Shown piece by piece: positions 50,614 through 64,000 of a stretch of 64,000 nt of DNA. Position numbers and translations under genes: made by a program. Location of the stretch: positions 2,294,001 to 2,358,000 of the forward strand of contig LSRY02000001.1 in NCBI GenBank assembly GCA_001643675.2. Reading direction: 5' to 3'. Below the pieces are notes generated by a model. That model was not told the DNA's origin and did no database searches. It was given only the letters and a program-made list of their open reading frames with translations. The DNA comes from Monocercomonoides exilis PA203 (taxonomy: Eukaryota; Protista; Preaxostyla). Numbering within the stretch: position 1 is the first letter of the stretch; each line of letters opens with the position of its first letter.

Positions 50614-52006
50614 ATGCAGGAGACAAATAACGCAAAAAAGTTCACTGGTGTGCATTCGTTGTTGCATTAGAATTCCTGGTGATTGTGGTTCTTTCCTTTT
50701 TTATTGAAGTATTATTTTCGGAGCTTGAAGATTGCAATGAAGATGAACAGAAAGCGAAAATTGAAAAAATGAATGAAGCAATGGAAGAGATGGACGAAAA
50801 AGAATTCAAATATGTTTTTACGATGGGAAGGTTCGATGAAACGGACGAAATGATTAAAGAAAAGAAACTTTTCATGGAAAATGCAATTCTATTACTGAAG
50901 CATGTTGGGTATTTCAGAGAGCTGAAAATAATTTACTTAGAATCTTTTGATTATTCGTTATTGAGCGAAAGGATGAAAGAGATGATAATTGATGAAAATG
51001 AGAAGAAAGAAGAAATGAACGAAAAAATTTTTACAGATCTCTGTGAATGTTATGCTTTGCTGGGAGAAGATGACATTTTTGGTGAAGTTCTTTCAACCGT
51101 TGTGCCTTGCATTCTGAAGGTAGCGCTGAACAAAGAGGAAAGCGAGGAGACTCGAAAAGAAGTGGAAGTGGCATTGCTTGCATTGAGCAATGTTCGTGCT
51201 TCTGTATGAGTACTTCTTTTTCATTTTTGATATTTTTGAATTTCATTATCATTTTTTATTAGTTATTTGAAAAAGAACTTTACCTCAATGAAATCAAAGA
51301 GGTTATCCAACATCACCAGGAATATCACAATCTGACGCGACTTGCCTATCAATCGGCTTGGATGTTTTTGGTTTACAGACTTTGGGATGACAATAGCTTG
51401 GAAGAAGTGATTGTGAATGAATTGCATTTTGTCAGAGAGGCAACAAAAGAATTAAAAGAGCTGACAAAGTGTGTGAATTGGAAGAGAGAGAAAGAGGAAG
51501 AAGATGGAAAAGTAGAAAGGAAAGAAGAAGTTGTTTTATTGAGATGGCTACAAATATTGAAGAATTATTTTTGTTACTGCGAATTGCGGAATGAAGAATT
51601 TTCTGAGCTTTTGGGCTGTATTGTTCGGGTGTATCTGGCAGCAAAGGAGAATCACAGAGATGTGAGCAAGGAATGCATTTTGTTTGCAAGAACAGCAGAG
51701 GCAAATGGAAATGTGAAAATTGACGGCATTTCGAGTGTCGGAACTGTTGATGCATTTTTGTGGGAACTTCATTGGAAGACATTAAATAACGAAAATGTGT
51801 ATAATGTTTTGGAATATTTAAAAACTATTTCAGCTCGTTTGAGAGAAAAGAAGGGGGAGGATGAAATGGAAGAAGCGAAAAGAAAGGCAATAAAAATGGA
51901 GATATTTGAAAAGATGGAAGAAGAAGGGTACGAAGATATGATCACAAGTCTTCATGAAGCATTTCGTTTCTTTATTGAAGAAAATATTGTATTTATTTAT
52001 CATTGA
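50614..52006 (+). CDS. AYQSAW-family acidic alpha-helical protein (~423 aa), function unknown
   Basis: Exons 50614-50647, 50710-51203, 51263-52006 join in frame via GT-AG introns. Motifs LFSELEDC, DLCECY, EVEVALLALS, NLTRLAYQSAW, EKMEEEGYED. Confidence 0.88.
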
Positions 52007-53201
52007 ATGTATTTGGTTTTGATGTGAATGCTTGAGAAAAGGAGATTCATTTCATTTTGTCGCTCAAAAATTTTCAATTTTTGTTTTTTTAAAAATCGTT
52101 TCACAAAATCGAAAACATGCAATTATTTGAAGATCTTTTCAGAGTTGTTTTTTTATATTTTCCTTCTTCGAAATGGAATGAAGCAAAATAAAATTAAAAA
52201 AAAAAAATAAAGAGAGAGAGAAAGAGAAAGAGAGAGAGAGAAAGAAAGAAAGGTCAAAATTCAAATGAAGAATGAATTTGATTGCGTAATTCAAAGTGAA
52301 AATGGCAGCTTTGCAGCAAAGCTTCTCTGTTGTCCATCTTCTGAATCTGCAAGCTGGCACAAACATCAAAAACAGTCATATTTTATTTTCCTGTTGAAAT
52401 GTTCATCTTTATTTGGCATCTTTAGAACTGAACTGCATTTTGCCTCTCTGATTGATAATATAGCTTATCTATTTATCTGATTCATTGAATTGTTTGATGC
52501 GTTTGTCCTTTCCCTCCGAACTACAGCACAGAAAATCCAATGGCTTTCATCTTTGCTCAGAAACTTGAATATAAATCGATTCAGACTTCACAGATGCACA
52601 TTAGAATTGCTAATGCTAACACTGAGGATAAAAAGTTCAAAATTACAAATTGGCTTCAATAGCCCAGCTGAATTGCTAAATTCTTTGTATAAAGCAAATT
52701 ATTTCATTTGAAAAATTGGCTTCTAGTGGATGCAAAATCACCTCTTTAAGCAAAATGACTAAATCAAATAAATATGTCTTTTCAGATGCCGAGAAAAATT
52801 GATAACAACTGAATGAAGATGGGGAAAATGATAATTTTCATGCATTTTCTTCAGGAATCGTTTGTTTGAATTTGAATAGAAAACGAATCATGTTACATTC
52901 ACAAAATGATTTAAGTGGCAACCTTTGAAAACGCAATGCTGATAAATAAAATACAAAAAACGTAGAGCAAATAGGAATTTGCAATAAATTCCAGCCTTGA
53001 AAACATTGTATTTTACAAAATAAATTAATATTTAATCATTATCTCAAATTATTTATTATGGTTGAATAATATCAGATGATTTTGCAAATGAAAATCGCAA
53101 AACTGTCATGGTGTAACTATAACAAACACATAAGTTCGATATCAAGAATACGATCTTCAGCCATAATATTGTCACTAAATAATTGAAGAGGTTGAAATTT
53201 C

Positions 53202-56200
53202 ATGTTAAAATCAAGAGTGAATATTGTTTTAGTTATTTTTTGCGTATTGTTTCTAACATAAGAAGCACAAACAATTACTTCTATTAATAATGTTAAAAAT
53301 GGAGTAGACAGAGCATCAGCAAATGAAACAAAAGAAAATTTGTTGAAGCATGTTACTATTTATGTGGGTCAAAGTGGCACCTCAGATGCAAATGGGGAAA
53401 CATTTGAAACACCAGTGAATACTCTGGGAAAAGCAAACACTTTACTTACAGGCGATCCAGCGGAAGGGGGATATCACATTAAAGTTATTTCAACTGGCGA
53501 ACTTTCCGCAAGCGAAGCTGTAGCATTTGACAAAGAAAAGGGAGTCACCGTTGTGGGAGTCGCAAAACAGGAAAATGATGACGGAACCGAAATCGAAACC
53601 GAAGCAAAGGCAACAATCGTTTGCTCTATTGGAGATACCGTTGTTCTTTTTACTTGCACGCAAACAGTGGAATTCAGGGAGATCTCCTTTAAATTTGGAA
53701 CACTTATTGGAACGAATTCATTGATTTGCGCAACAACTGGTTCAACTTCGCTGAGATTAATTAGCTGCGATTTTGTGCGACCGACTCCACAGACACCCGG
53801 AGGAAATGGCGAAGGAGACGAATCACAACCGCTAGGAACCACTCTTGTGAAAGTGGAAGCAGGCACATTGACGATGGAAACAGTTATAGGCACAGCCACC
53901 GAGAATCCAATTTCGTTTTCAACATCGCCATTTTTGATTACTGGAGTGACAAAGGTTTCTTTGAAAGATTTGCAATTGTCAGAGATTACATCAAAAACAG
54001 GTCCTTTGATGAAAATTGCATCAGAATCAGCAGTTAAAATGGAAGTGTCACTTGATGGATGCTCATTTACAAAATGTGCATCAGAAGAAGCATCAGCAGA
54101 TACAGCAACAAGTGGAGCACTTTATGTTGAAAGCGAACACGCTGGAAGTTCATTTACTATTGGAGATACAGCAACAACAACATTCACTTCATGCGCTTGT
54201 GCCTATGGGAAGTCTGGTGGGATATATCTGAAAATGACAGGAATTATAGAAGCTAATAAATTGGCATGGCCAGACACAGAAAGCAATTTGGTGTTTAGTG
54301 GATGCACAGCTGGATCAAAAAGTACAGGATTATATCTTGATGTGCCTGTTAATCTTCATGAAGAAATAGCAGTCTCGATGAAGTGTGGTTTTGCTTCAAG
54401 CTATATAAGAGGAACAAATGATTGGTATGTTGCAGCGAAAGGACCCGATGGATGTGATGTTGATTTTACAGCCACATATTTCGATCCAGAACAACCACCA
54501 ACACCGCCCACTCCAATCTCCGTTGTTTATTTGAAATGCGATGCCAACGATACTGGGTTATCATTCCATGAACCAATTGGTAGCTTTTCAAGCTCTTACA
54601 ATTTATTCACTTTCTCATCAAGTTTGAAGTTGTATTCGATGAGAATAATTGCTGACGATGATATGATCAAAGCAGAAGCAATGATTTTTGATAGAAGTGA
54701 TCAATTGACAATTGAAGGAATTGAGAATACCGAAGGAATGAATCAATATGCGAATATTGATTGTGATGTTGGCCCAGAAAGCAATTTGTTTACGTGCAAA
54801 AAAAGTGTCACTTTCAAATACCTTTCATTTGTTTTCCCATTGTCTTTAAGTTCAAAGGGGAAAAGTCAGTTTGTTAAAGTGACGGATTCATTTGCTTTGA
54901 TCATCTCAGAAGGTGTGGATGCAAAGCTTGCAATAATCCATTGCAGATTTATTCGGCCACATGAAAATGAAAGCGAAAAAGAGAATGTTGTTGATTTTCA
55001 CTTGTGAAAGTGAATGGAGGCGCTTTAAATATGAGCAACGTGGAATGTGTTGATGAGAGCAACAAAGCAACATTCCAAAGCCCGTTGTTTGAAATTGAAG
55101 GAGCAAGCGATATTGTGATTGATTCAGTGAGCATCAGCAATGTGAAAGTGAAAGAAGGAGCAGCGATAAGCATCAAAGATGGGAAAGACACGGCCTCGAA
55201 AGTGTCAATCGAAGGATTGAATGTTCAAGAAGTGAGTTCAGAGAATGGAGAAAGTGCAGGGTTGGGAATCATTCTCAGTTCAGAAGAATCTTCAGTGTCG
55301 ATTGGAAGGGAAAGCAAGTGCACATTCAAATCTTGCTCAGCGCAAGAAGGGAAAGCAGGAGCAATGTATATTGAGATGGAGAAGGCGATATCGAACTTGG
55401 AGCTTCCAGCCGAGGGCAATCTGGAGATTGACGAGACAAACACAGGGAAAGATTCGTCAGGAGCGTCGTTGTGCATTGTTTTCCCCGACTTTGAGGAGTT
55501 CAGCCAACAAGAAGATGCCTTTGAGTTTGCGAAGGATTACAGCGATGAATCAGCAGCTGGGTGGATTGTTGGAGCAGCTGATGTGGATGCAAAGCCCATT
55601 GATGTGTGTGAGAAATATCTGAAGAAAGAGAAAGATGAAGGAAAGAAAGAGGAAGAGGGGAAGGAAGAGGGGAAGGGAGATGGAATAGAAAAACAGGGAT
55701 TTGATAAAAGCAACGAATCAAAGCCATTTGCTTGGTGGATAATTGTTGTGATTTTAGCTTGTATGATTGTTGTTATTGTGGTTGTATTTTCTGTTCTTCT
55801 TTTTGTTGAGAAGAAGAAGAACTCAAAGAAGAGGTGGGTGAACGAAAATGATGATGAGGAGGAAGAAGAAGGGAAAAAAGAGGAGGAGGATAAGAAGACA
55901 AAACACATTATGCAAAGAGAAAAAGAAAGGAAAGGAAAAGACAGAACAACAAATAATCCTGTGAAAGAAGCAAATTCAAATGGAAATGGAAATGAATTTA
56001 CCAAACGAAATTTGAGCAGCACAAGAAACAACATCAACAAGTCAAAAGAACAATTGCAGAAAGCTGAAAGAAAGGAAGGAATTAGTAGTGAATTTATTGA
56101 AGAGACATTAAGACAGGTTTTATCTTCTTCTTCTTCTTCTTCTTCTTCTTCTTCTTCTTCTTCTTCCTCAACATCTTCTTCTTCTTCTTCTTCTTCCTCA

Positions 56201-56611
56201 ACATCTTCTTCTTCTTCTTCTTCTTCCTCAACATCTTCTTCTTCTTCTTTGATGAATAAAGAAGGATTGCAAGCAAACGGAATGAATGTGAATTTGAAAG
56301 AATTTGTGACAGAAACAAACACTTTTTCGCTGCAATCAAACAAACAAAATGAAGAAACAAGAATGACAGATGGAGAAATCTATGAAAATAGCTCAGAGGA
56401 AAAAGAGATTAAGAAAAGAAAAAAAGGAAAGAAAGCAAAAAGAAAGAAAGAGAAAAAAACAGAACATTTAATAGCGAATATCGAATTGGATAATGAAGAA
56501 GCAATGGAGGAAGAACAAGAAGAGAGTGAAGATGTTAAACAGGAACAAAAGAAAAGGAAGAAGAAGAAGAAAACAAAGAAACTCGAAAGTACTGAAGAAG
56601 AAGAAATATGA
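53202..56611 (+). pseudogene. Single-pass surface protein with beta-helix-like ectodomain and charged/poly-Ser tail, apparently disrupted
   Basis: Signal-like MLKSRVNIVLVIFCVLFLT* in frame with ORF 53340-55007 (TAA at 53259-53261). 1-nt frameshift near 55002 into ORF 55004-56611. SGALYV/GGIY/AGAMY motifs, TM WWIIVVILACMIVVIVVVFSVLLFV. 5' structure uncertain. Confidence 0.75.
56123..56248 (+). repeat. (TCT)n with periodic TCC-TCA-ACA interruptions encoding poly-Ser
   Basis: Direct reading; ~30-bp higher-order period. Confidence 0.9.
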
Positions 56612-57722
56612 AGAACAAGAATATTAAACAGCTAAAAAAAAACGAATTTAGATCAAAAAAAAATGTGTTGAATAAGAAAGAATTAGAAGGCAATTTGAAG
56701 ATTACTTGTTTCAAATGACTAATTTATTTCCCCCCCCTTTTTTTTTCCTTGAATTCTGGATGATATTTGCGAGATTTCAATGAAAGATGATTGTTTGCAC
56801 TGAAAAGAAAAAGATTTTAAATAAACAAGATAGAGAAAAGATAACAAAATGCATTGAGGAAGAGAAAAATTAATTTCGCATTGAAAGAAAGAAAGAAAGA
56901 AAGGTTGATAGATACTTTCGAAAGATTTGAAGAAAAGACGATTTTCTGAGAATGAAAGAAGAAATTGATAGAAATGGAGGGATTTATTCAAAAAAGAAGA
57001 AAAGAAATGAAAATGAAGAAAGAAATGAATTTATATCTAAAAATACGCGAAGCGGATGAAATTTCATTTTAAACACGAGATTCTAATAATACATAATAAA
57101 GCATTGTTATCTGATTAGCTCCTTTTGTCGAAGTTTTCTTTTGTCCTCTTTTTTTTCTCATTTTCTTTTTGAGAAATCGTGATGCTTATCTTCTTTGATT
57201 AATTTCTCATTTCATTTAGAAAATCTTGACTTCACAAGAAAAGTTTTATTTCTGATTTTCTCATTGAAATATCAACAGATTTTCTTTGAGAAGCTCTTCA
57301 TTGTTATTGCAATGAAGCTTATTTTTTGTTAATATCACTTTCTTTTCTTATTCTTTTTCTTATTCTTATTCTTTTTTTTCACCTTTATTTTTTCAGATTT
57401 GTGCAAAAATGATTTTATTTTCTGAAAATTGAGAAATTTCTTTTGTAATCAATTTGATTGAAATCACTATTTTTTTTATTAACATGTACTTTTTTCATTG
57501 AATGGCTTCCTTTGTTGTTCTTCTGTGTAACTCATCTCTTTTATTCTATTTTGTGTTCAATCTTTGTTTAAAAGAATTTTCATTATTCTTTTTTTGAAAA
57601 AGAAAGCAAAAACATCATTTGAAAAAGCTCATTAATTTTCGATTTCACACATTGGAAAAAAAAATTAAAAGAAAAGAAAAAAAATAATTATTGAGCAATA
57701 AAATTAATAAAATCACATTTTC

Positions 57723-59140
57723 TCAAACATTTACAAGATAATCAAAAATATCCAATGACAATGCATCGTCAAAAAAATATTTATTACTTAGAAAATCAAA
57801 TGTTTTATGAAAGCTTGTGACAACATCTTCATATCCTTCTTCTTCCATCTTTTCAAATATCTTTCTTTTCAGCTCTTTTCTTTTCATTTCTTCGATTTCA
57901 TCTTTCTTCTTTTCTTTCAATCTTCTTGAAACATTCATAAAAAATTTCAAGATTTTGGCTGCAATCTCGTCATCCTTTGCTGATTTATGAATCTCTTCCA
58001 AAGCAACATCAACAGCTCCGCTTTGCCACAAGCTGCCAATTTTCACAACTCTGCGGCCTGATGCTTCTTCAAATGGATAAATGCATTTCTCGCTTATTTC
58101 TCTGTAATTATCCCTCGATGCACGAAGCACCCCAACAATGCTGCTGAAAAGCTCAACATATTCTTCATTCCACAAATAACAGTTCCCAAAGAAAAAAGAG
58201 AGTGTTTGCATCCATCTCAATGTGGTAATCATTTCTTCCTTTTCTTTTCTCTCCCCCCCCTTTTTATTTTTCTTCCAATCCACACTTTTTGACAGCTCTT
58301 CCAATTCTCTTGCTGCCTCTCTTGCAAAATGTTGCTCAACCACAATCACTTTTTCCAAGCTATTGTCATCCCAAAGTCTGGAGACTAAAAACCTCCAAGC
58401 AGACTGATAGGCAAGGCGAGTGAGATTGTGATATTCCTGGTGATGTTGGATAATCTCTTTGATTTCATTCAAATACAGTTCTTGTTCAATTTTCTATAAA
58501 AATCGAAAAATATGCAAAAATGTCAAAAAGGAAAAAGAAGTGTTCAAACAATAAATCTTAAGTTACATAAAGCCAGTAAAGCCATTTCCACTTCTTTTCG
58601 AGTATCCTCGCTTTCCTCTTTCTTTGACGCAGCTTTCAGAAGGCAAGGCACGCAAATTGAAAGCAATTCCGAAGAAATCCACATGTTCAATAAAAGATAG
58701 CATTCGCAAAGATCAGTCTGCAGCTTTTCGTTCTTTTCATCTTTTTTCTTTTTTTCTTCAAGAATCATTCTCTCAATTTTTCTACTCAACAATGATGTAT
58801 TTAAGTTATTAATCCAAATGTCTTTCAATGCTTTGAAATGTCCAATATGCTTCAGCAACAGAAATGCATTCTCCAAAGTCAATTTCTTTTTTTCAATCAT
58901 TTTGTCAATTTCATTGAACAATTCTCTCGTAAAAACATATTTGAATTCATCTATATCCATCTCTTCTATAACTTCATTCATTTCAACAATTATCGCTTTC
59001 TGTTCATCTTCAATGCAATGTTTAAGCTTAAAAAATAATTCTTCAATAAAAAATTAAACAAAGAACCACAATCACTAGCATTTCAAATGCAACGATAAAT
59101 GCACACTATAGAATTTTTCAGTTACGCTTTTTGCCTGCAT
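57723..59140 (-). CDS. AYQSAW-family protein (~431 aa)
   Basis: Exons 59140-59107, 59040-58550, 58493-57723 join in frame. Same motifs and intron positions as 50614-52006. Confidence 0.88.
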
Positions 59141-60282
59141 TTTTATATGAACATTTTATTCAAAAAACAATAAAAATTTTTATCATTCACATTGAACAAG
59201 CATTTGTTTGTTTTGTCGAAAATACACGATAACAAAATCTCAAAAATAGTCATTAATAATGTCACGTTCACACCATTCTTTATCGTCTTGGCACTTTTGA
59301 AAAGTGATTGTTAAGAAAAAAAATGTTCAAATTAATTAAGTTTGTTGTTATGGATTCAATGATCAAATGGTTATGTTTGAACTGGAATATCAATCAGCAA
59401 AATGAGTGTTGATAAATGAAATTAACCTGCAGAATTACAAACAAAATTTCACGAGGAAAAAACAGACAATGATGGAGATGCAAAATTTTTGAAATTCAAT
59501 CTGATGATTTTTGGTAATTGGATGGCCAAGGGGAATACAACAATTTCATCAATCACACAAAAAGACATAATGTATGTAATTTATATTGTTCTATATATTG
59601 TGAAGATATTTCCGTCTGTATCCTTTCCAAAGTCCAGGAATGTGAGTTATTGTTGAAATGGCCAATCTCCGCTTTGTGGAGCAATATGATGAGAATGGAG
59701 CAGATTATTATATAGGCATTGGGAAATAAATGAAGTTACGGAAGTTACATGATTTTCATGATTTTTATTTGGAGCAAGAGATGAAAACAAATTCAACTGA
59801 TGTTTTGTTGAATGAAGATTTATGGATGGAATTCTGTGAAGGACAAACTCCTCATAAAATTATATAGCATTTTGGAGCTGAAGGCAAAGGAGAAGCTTTT
59901 TGGACAAGGAAAGCAACTGGCAATATCGAGGGAAAGATATTTATAACGAAAAAAGGCAAGGAAACAACAATTAGCAATGGAGCTGGAGAACAGCATTTCT
60001 TGATGGACATTTTGGTTATTTAATTGAAATGAAAACTTGTGTTTTGCAGAGTTTTTAACAGCTAAGCATTGTTGCGCCTTCTCATGAAGTTGAGAAACGT
60101 GAAATGAATATCATCAACTCTGTTTCAGTCTCTGCTTTTGAAAGATTTCCAAAACAAGTCAAACATGCTTCAGTTGTTTCTTATTTTTCACATTTGCGAT
60201 ATTTTCAGAAAGAACAGACAGAAGCCTTGGAACTTCAGCATCACAGCTCGCTTTTGATGAATTGAAATGGAAATATTCTTCT
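59141..60282 (-). repeat. Inverted copy of the 49462-50613 upstream block
   Basis: Collinear reverse complement; shared track peptide NISISIHQKRAVMLKFQGFCLFFLKISQM. Confidence 0.9.
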
Positions 60283-60615
60283 TCTTTTTCTTCTTTTTCT
60301 TCTTCTTCTTCTTCTTCTTCACCTTCTTCACCTTCTTCACCTTCTTCACCTTCTTCACCTTCTTCACCTTCTTCACCTTCTTCTTCTTCTTCTTCTTCTT
60401 CTTCTTCTTCTTCTTCTTCTTCTTCTTCTTCTTCTTCTTCTTCTTCTTTTCCTCCTCCTCCTCCTTCTTCTTCTTCTTCTTCTTCTTCTTCTTTTCCTCC
60501 TCCTCCTCCTTCTTCTTCTTCTTCTTCTTCTTCTTCTTTGCCTTTTTCTCTTCTTCCTCCATCATCATCATCATCCTCTTCTTCCTCTTCCTCCTCCTCC
60601 TTTTCTTCCTTTTCT
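60277..60615. repeat. Long TTC/TCC/(TTCTTCACC)n microsatellite (GAA-rich on the minus strand)
   Basis: Directly visible. Confidence 0.95.
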
Positions 60616-62756
60616 TCGACAACTTCATTGATTGCCTTATATAGCCATCGCAAAGTACAAATGAAGAAGAAACTGATACAGAACAAAAATGAACATTTTG
60701 CGAAGATGTTAAAGAGGACAAATGCATAATCACTCCAGAATAGATAATCTGGAAAAGGAAAAATGGCTTCACTTCGTTTCAGATTGAAAGCGACAAAAAA
60801 TGCGATTCATTGAATGGAATGCACTGAATCTCTTTCTTCTCGTTGTCAAACTTCCTCTTCATGTTCTACTCTCAAACTTCTCCTCAATTTCTCCTTTTGA
60901 TTCAAAGTCTTCCATGATTTATCCTTTTCTGCATTCGCCTGTTCTTGTTTGAATCAGCTTGATACTTTATTTGATGGCAATGGATGAGAAAAGGAAGCTA
61001 TAAGCTCTGAAGTGGATGCAATAACTTTGAAGTTGGGGAATAGAATCTTAACATACAGCTGAACAAGAGGAAAAAAAAGAAGAATAGGAAAATAGAGAAT
61101 TCTGTAAAGATAAGAGGACAAAGAATAAGTTGAATGCATGTTTGCAGATACAGGCTGTTGATTTTGCAAAACATATTCATATGAACACATCTTATTGAGG
61201 AAAGTGTTAATTCTGACAGCACAAGGCAAATGGATTGGAGACGAACAGGCGGAATATGCAGAGCTTAAAGAGAAAGAATTAAAGAATGAAGAATCAACGT
61301 CAAATACAGTCACGGCGATAAACTTATAATTCTCAGTTTATGAAGCGCTTCTATTTTGTTGAAGCTCAAATGAGTTTAGAAATTCATTTCTTCTTTATTT
61401 AGTTCATTGAATCATCAACTTCTTTTTCAATTAACTCATAAAAGATTTATTAAGAGTTTAATCCCTTCTTTCTGAACAGTTTTTTTTTCTAGTGAAAATT
61501 TAGCAACTCAGTCGAAGATAGATGTATCAAGTGGAAGTGAAATGAAGCATGCGAAATCGATCGAAGAAGCACACACAAATGCAGCAAATGCGAAGAAGAA
61601 AGGCAAAAAAGTGGAAGAAGAAGTTTTCATTTGAAAATTGAATCAAAGTTGGCAGTTCAATGAGAATTTTACAACCACTTTTCAATCAAGCGGTTTTGTG
61701 GCTTCAAAACCTGTTTCATCACAAACTTAATCATCAGATGCTTCAATTTTTAAAAAAATTCAGTTGCATCTTCTGAAATTCTTCAATATTTCATTCATCA
61801 ATCGGTTCCACCATTGTTTTCCTCTTTTCCAATTGTCACACAGAGATAATATCGTTTTCAAGAGAATATTTCTCATATTTTCTCAAATTCATCGCGTTGC
61901 ATCAATCATCCGTATGAAAAGCATCATTTGTTGCTTTTCTTCCTTCTCATTCACATCTATCATCACTTTCAATGGAAGAGCGTGAATCTCAATCAGAATG
62001 TTGGTTCATTCGACTTCTGAAAAAATCGGTTTGGCTTAATCTCTGCTCCGTGAACGAATTTGTGCTGTTTAAGGAATATTTAGCTGTTGAAGGACGATGA
62101 AAAATACAAATGAAATGCTTTGGACAGAATACACTAATCAGTCAAGAGAATGCTATTTCTTTGTATTCGTCGTTTTGGATTTCTTAATTTCTCTTGCTCA
62201 TTGGGAATTGGGTGAGGATATCATATTTTTGATGAATATTTGGCAAAGCAAGTTGGACTGAAATACAGAAAGAAAAAGCGGGAAAGAGAAAATGTCTGCG
62301 TTGAGAAGCTTCAATTAACACACAAACGACCAATAGAATAACGCTATCTTTCCATTCAAATTCATCTTACAAATCCTCTATTTTCATAGGGCTTTGATTT
62401 CTCTTTTTCAGTTCGATGAAATCTGAAGGAACGTGGAAAAACAAAGAAAGAAGTGAGAGGAACACAAAACTGCTGAAAATAACAGAGGAGAAGATTTTAA
62501 AGTTGATGAGTGAACTAGTGAACATTGATTTTTAACATATTTTTTTTTAGGTTGACAATTCATTCAACAAAGATTCTTGATGAAAGGAAAAGAAAAGAAT
62601 TTTAGATTTTTCTTTTTTTATTCTCCAAAAAGAAAGTAAAAACATGATTTAAATGATCCATTTATTTATTTATTTATTTATTTATTTTTTCATTTTGCGA
62701 AATGAATGAAAAAAGAGAAATTGAAAATAAAGAGTTACAAAATATAATGTATTTCC

Positions 62757-64000
62757 TCAAACATTCACAAAATATTCAGAAATTTTCAACAATGTTCCAA
62801 GAGAATATATTCCGTGAAGAAATTCAAATTTTTCATGAAAGCTTGCGATTGTATCTTCGTATCCTTCTTCTTCCAGCTTTTCAAAAAACTTCCTGTTCAA
62901 CTCTTTTCTTTTCGCTTCTTCCAATTCATCATCTGTCTTCTTTTTCAATCTTTTTGAAACATTCATAAAGAAATACAAGCAATTTCTCATCACATTGTCA
63001 TCCAACGTTGGCAGCTGCATCCCCTCCAAAACAGTATCAACAGCTCCTCCATTCAATAAATCTACAACTTTCACAACTCCCCATTTTGCTGCAGTTCTCA
63101 AGGAATAAATGCACTTGAAACTAATTTCTTCATTATTCCCTTTTGCTGCTCGATATATCTGTACAATGCTATTGATTAGCTCAACATTTTCTTCATTCCT
63201 CAATTTGTTTTTGTAAATATAAGAATTCAATGTTTGCAGCCATCTCACCAATGTAAGCTCTTCTTTCGCTTCTTCTTTGCTCATTTCCTCTTTTTTCTTC
63301 TTCCAATTCACGTTTCTTGTAAGCTCTTCCAATTCTCTTGCTGCTTCTCTTCCAAAATGCAGCTCATTCGCAATTGTATCTTCCAAATTTCTATCTTTGA
63401 AAAATCTATATATAAAAAACAGCCAAGCAGATTGATAGGCCAGATGAGTTAGATTTCTGTGTTTCTGCTGATGTTTGATGATTTCTGTAATTTCCTTCAA
63501 ATATAGTTCTTGTTTCACTTCCTAATCAGAAATAAAAAGGGAAAAAAGCAAACATGACAAAAATGAAAAAGAAATGTTCAAACAATACATTCGTTAATGT
63601 TGCTCAGCGCCAGCAAAGCCATTTCCACTTCCTTTTGTGCCTCCTCGTTTTCCTCTTTTACCGATGCAGCTTTCAGAAGGCAAGGGACTATAATTGAAAT
63701 TATTTCTCCAATTTCACTGGAATAATAATGCAAAGAAAGATAGCATTCGCAAAGATCAACAAGAAGACTTTCTTCATTTTCCTCATTTTTCTTTTCTTCT
63801 TCAATAATCATCTGTTCGAATCTTCCGCCCAGCAAAGAACTATGAAATCCATAAATCCACCAGCCAAAAAGGACTTTACAATATCCAATGCGTTTCAGCA
63901 ACAACAATGTATTTTCCATTGAAAGTTTCTTTTCTTCAATCATTTTGTATATTTTATCATACAATTCTTCGTTGAAAACTACTTCGAATTCTTCTTCATT
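62757..64000 (-). CDS. AYQSAW-family protein, 5' end beyond the window
   Basis: Exon >64000-63584, intron 63583-63522, exon 63521-62757. Motifs DLCECY, EVEMALLALS, NLTHLAYQSAW, EKLEEEGYED. Confidence 0.88.

Noticed and set aside
60159-60772. Poly-E/K/S/F ORFs in several frames
   Set aside because: Products of the trinucleotide microsatellite; the Glu-rich frame may be a relic but hits stops shortly after the tract.

Overview
AT-rich eukaryotic DNA with short (~50-75 nt) GT-AG introns and the standard genetic code. The gene families resemble those of the oxymonad Monocercomonoides (inference from motifs, not verified by search). The window is mostly decayed genes and mobile DNA. Apparently intact genes: one 2594-codon receptor-like protein (signal peptide, GGA-repeat beta-helix ectodomain, TM helix, degenerate kinase C-lobe) and three members of a two-intron ~430-aa helical family with an NLTxLAYQSAW motif (one cut by the window edge). 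Relics include a second surface-protein gene, further paralogs and a USP-type protease fragment. Mobile DNA: a decayed DIRS-type retrotransposon (RT, RNase H, MT-like, tyrosine recombinase); a complete Merlin element with TIRs and an 8-bp TSD; a second Merlin transposase relic; two Merlin-type MITEs; and about 13 copies of three ~240-270 bp MITE families with G...C ends and 4-bp A-N-N-T target duplications. The most striking feature is inverted duplication at four scales (0.44, 2.0, 5.1 and ~11 kb). One is a near-perfect palindrome centred exactly on a MITE, and two use AYQSAW-family cassettes as convergent arms around cargo. All coordinates and identities were read by eye.
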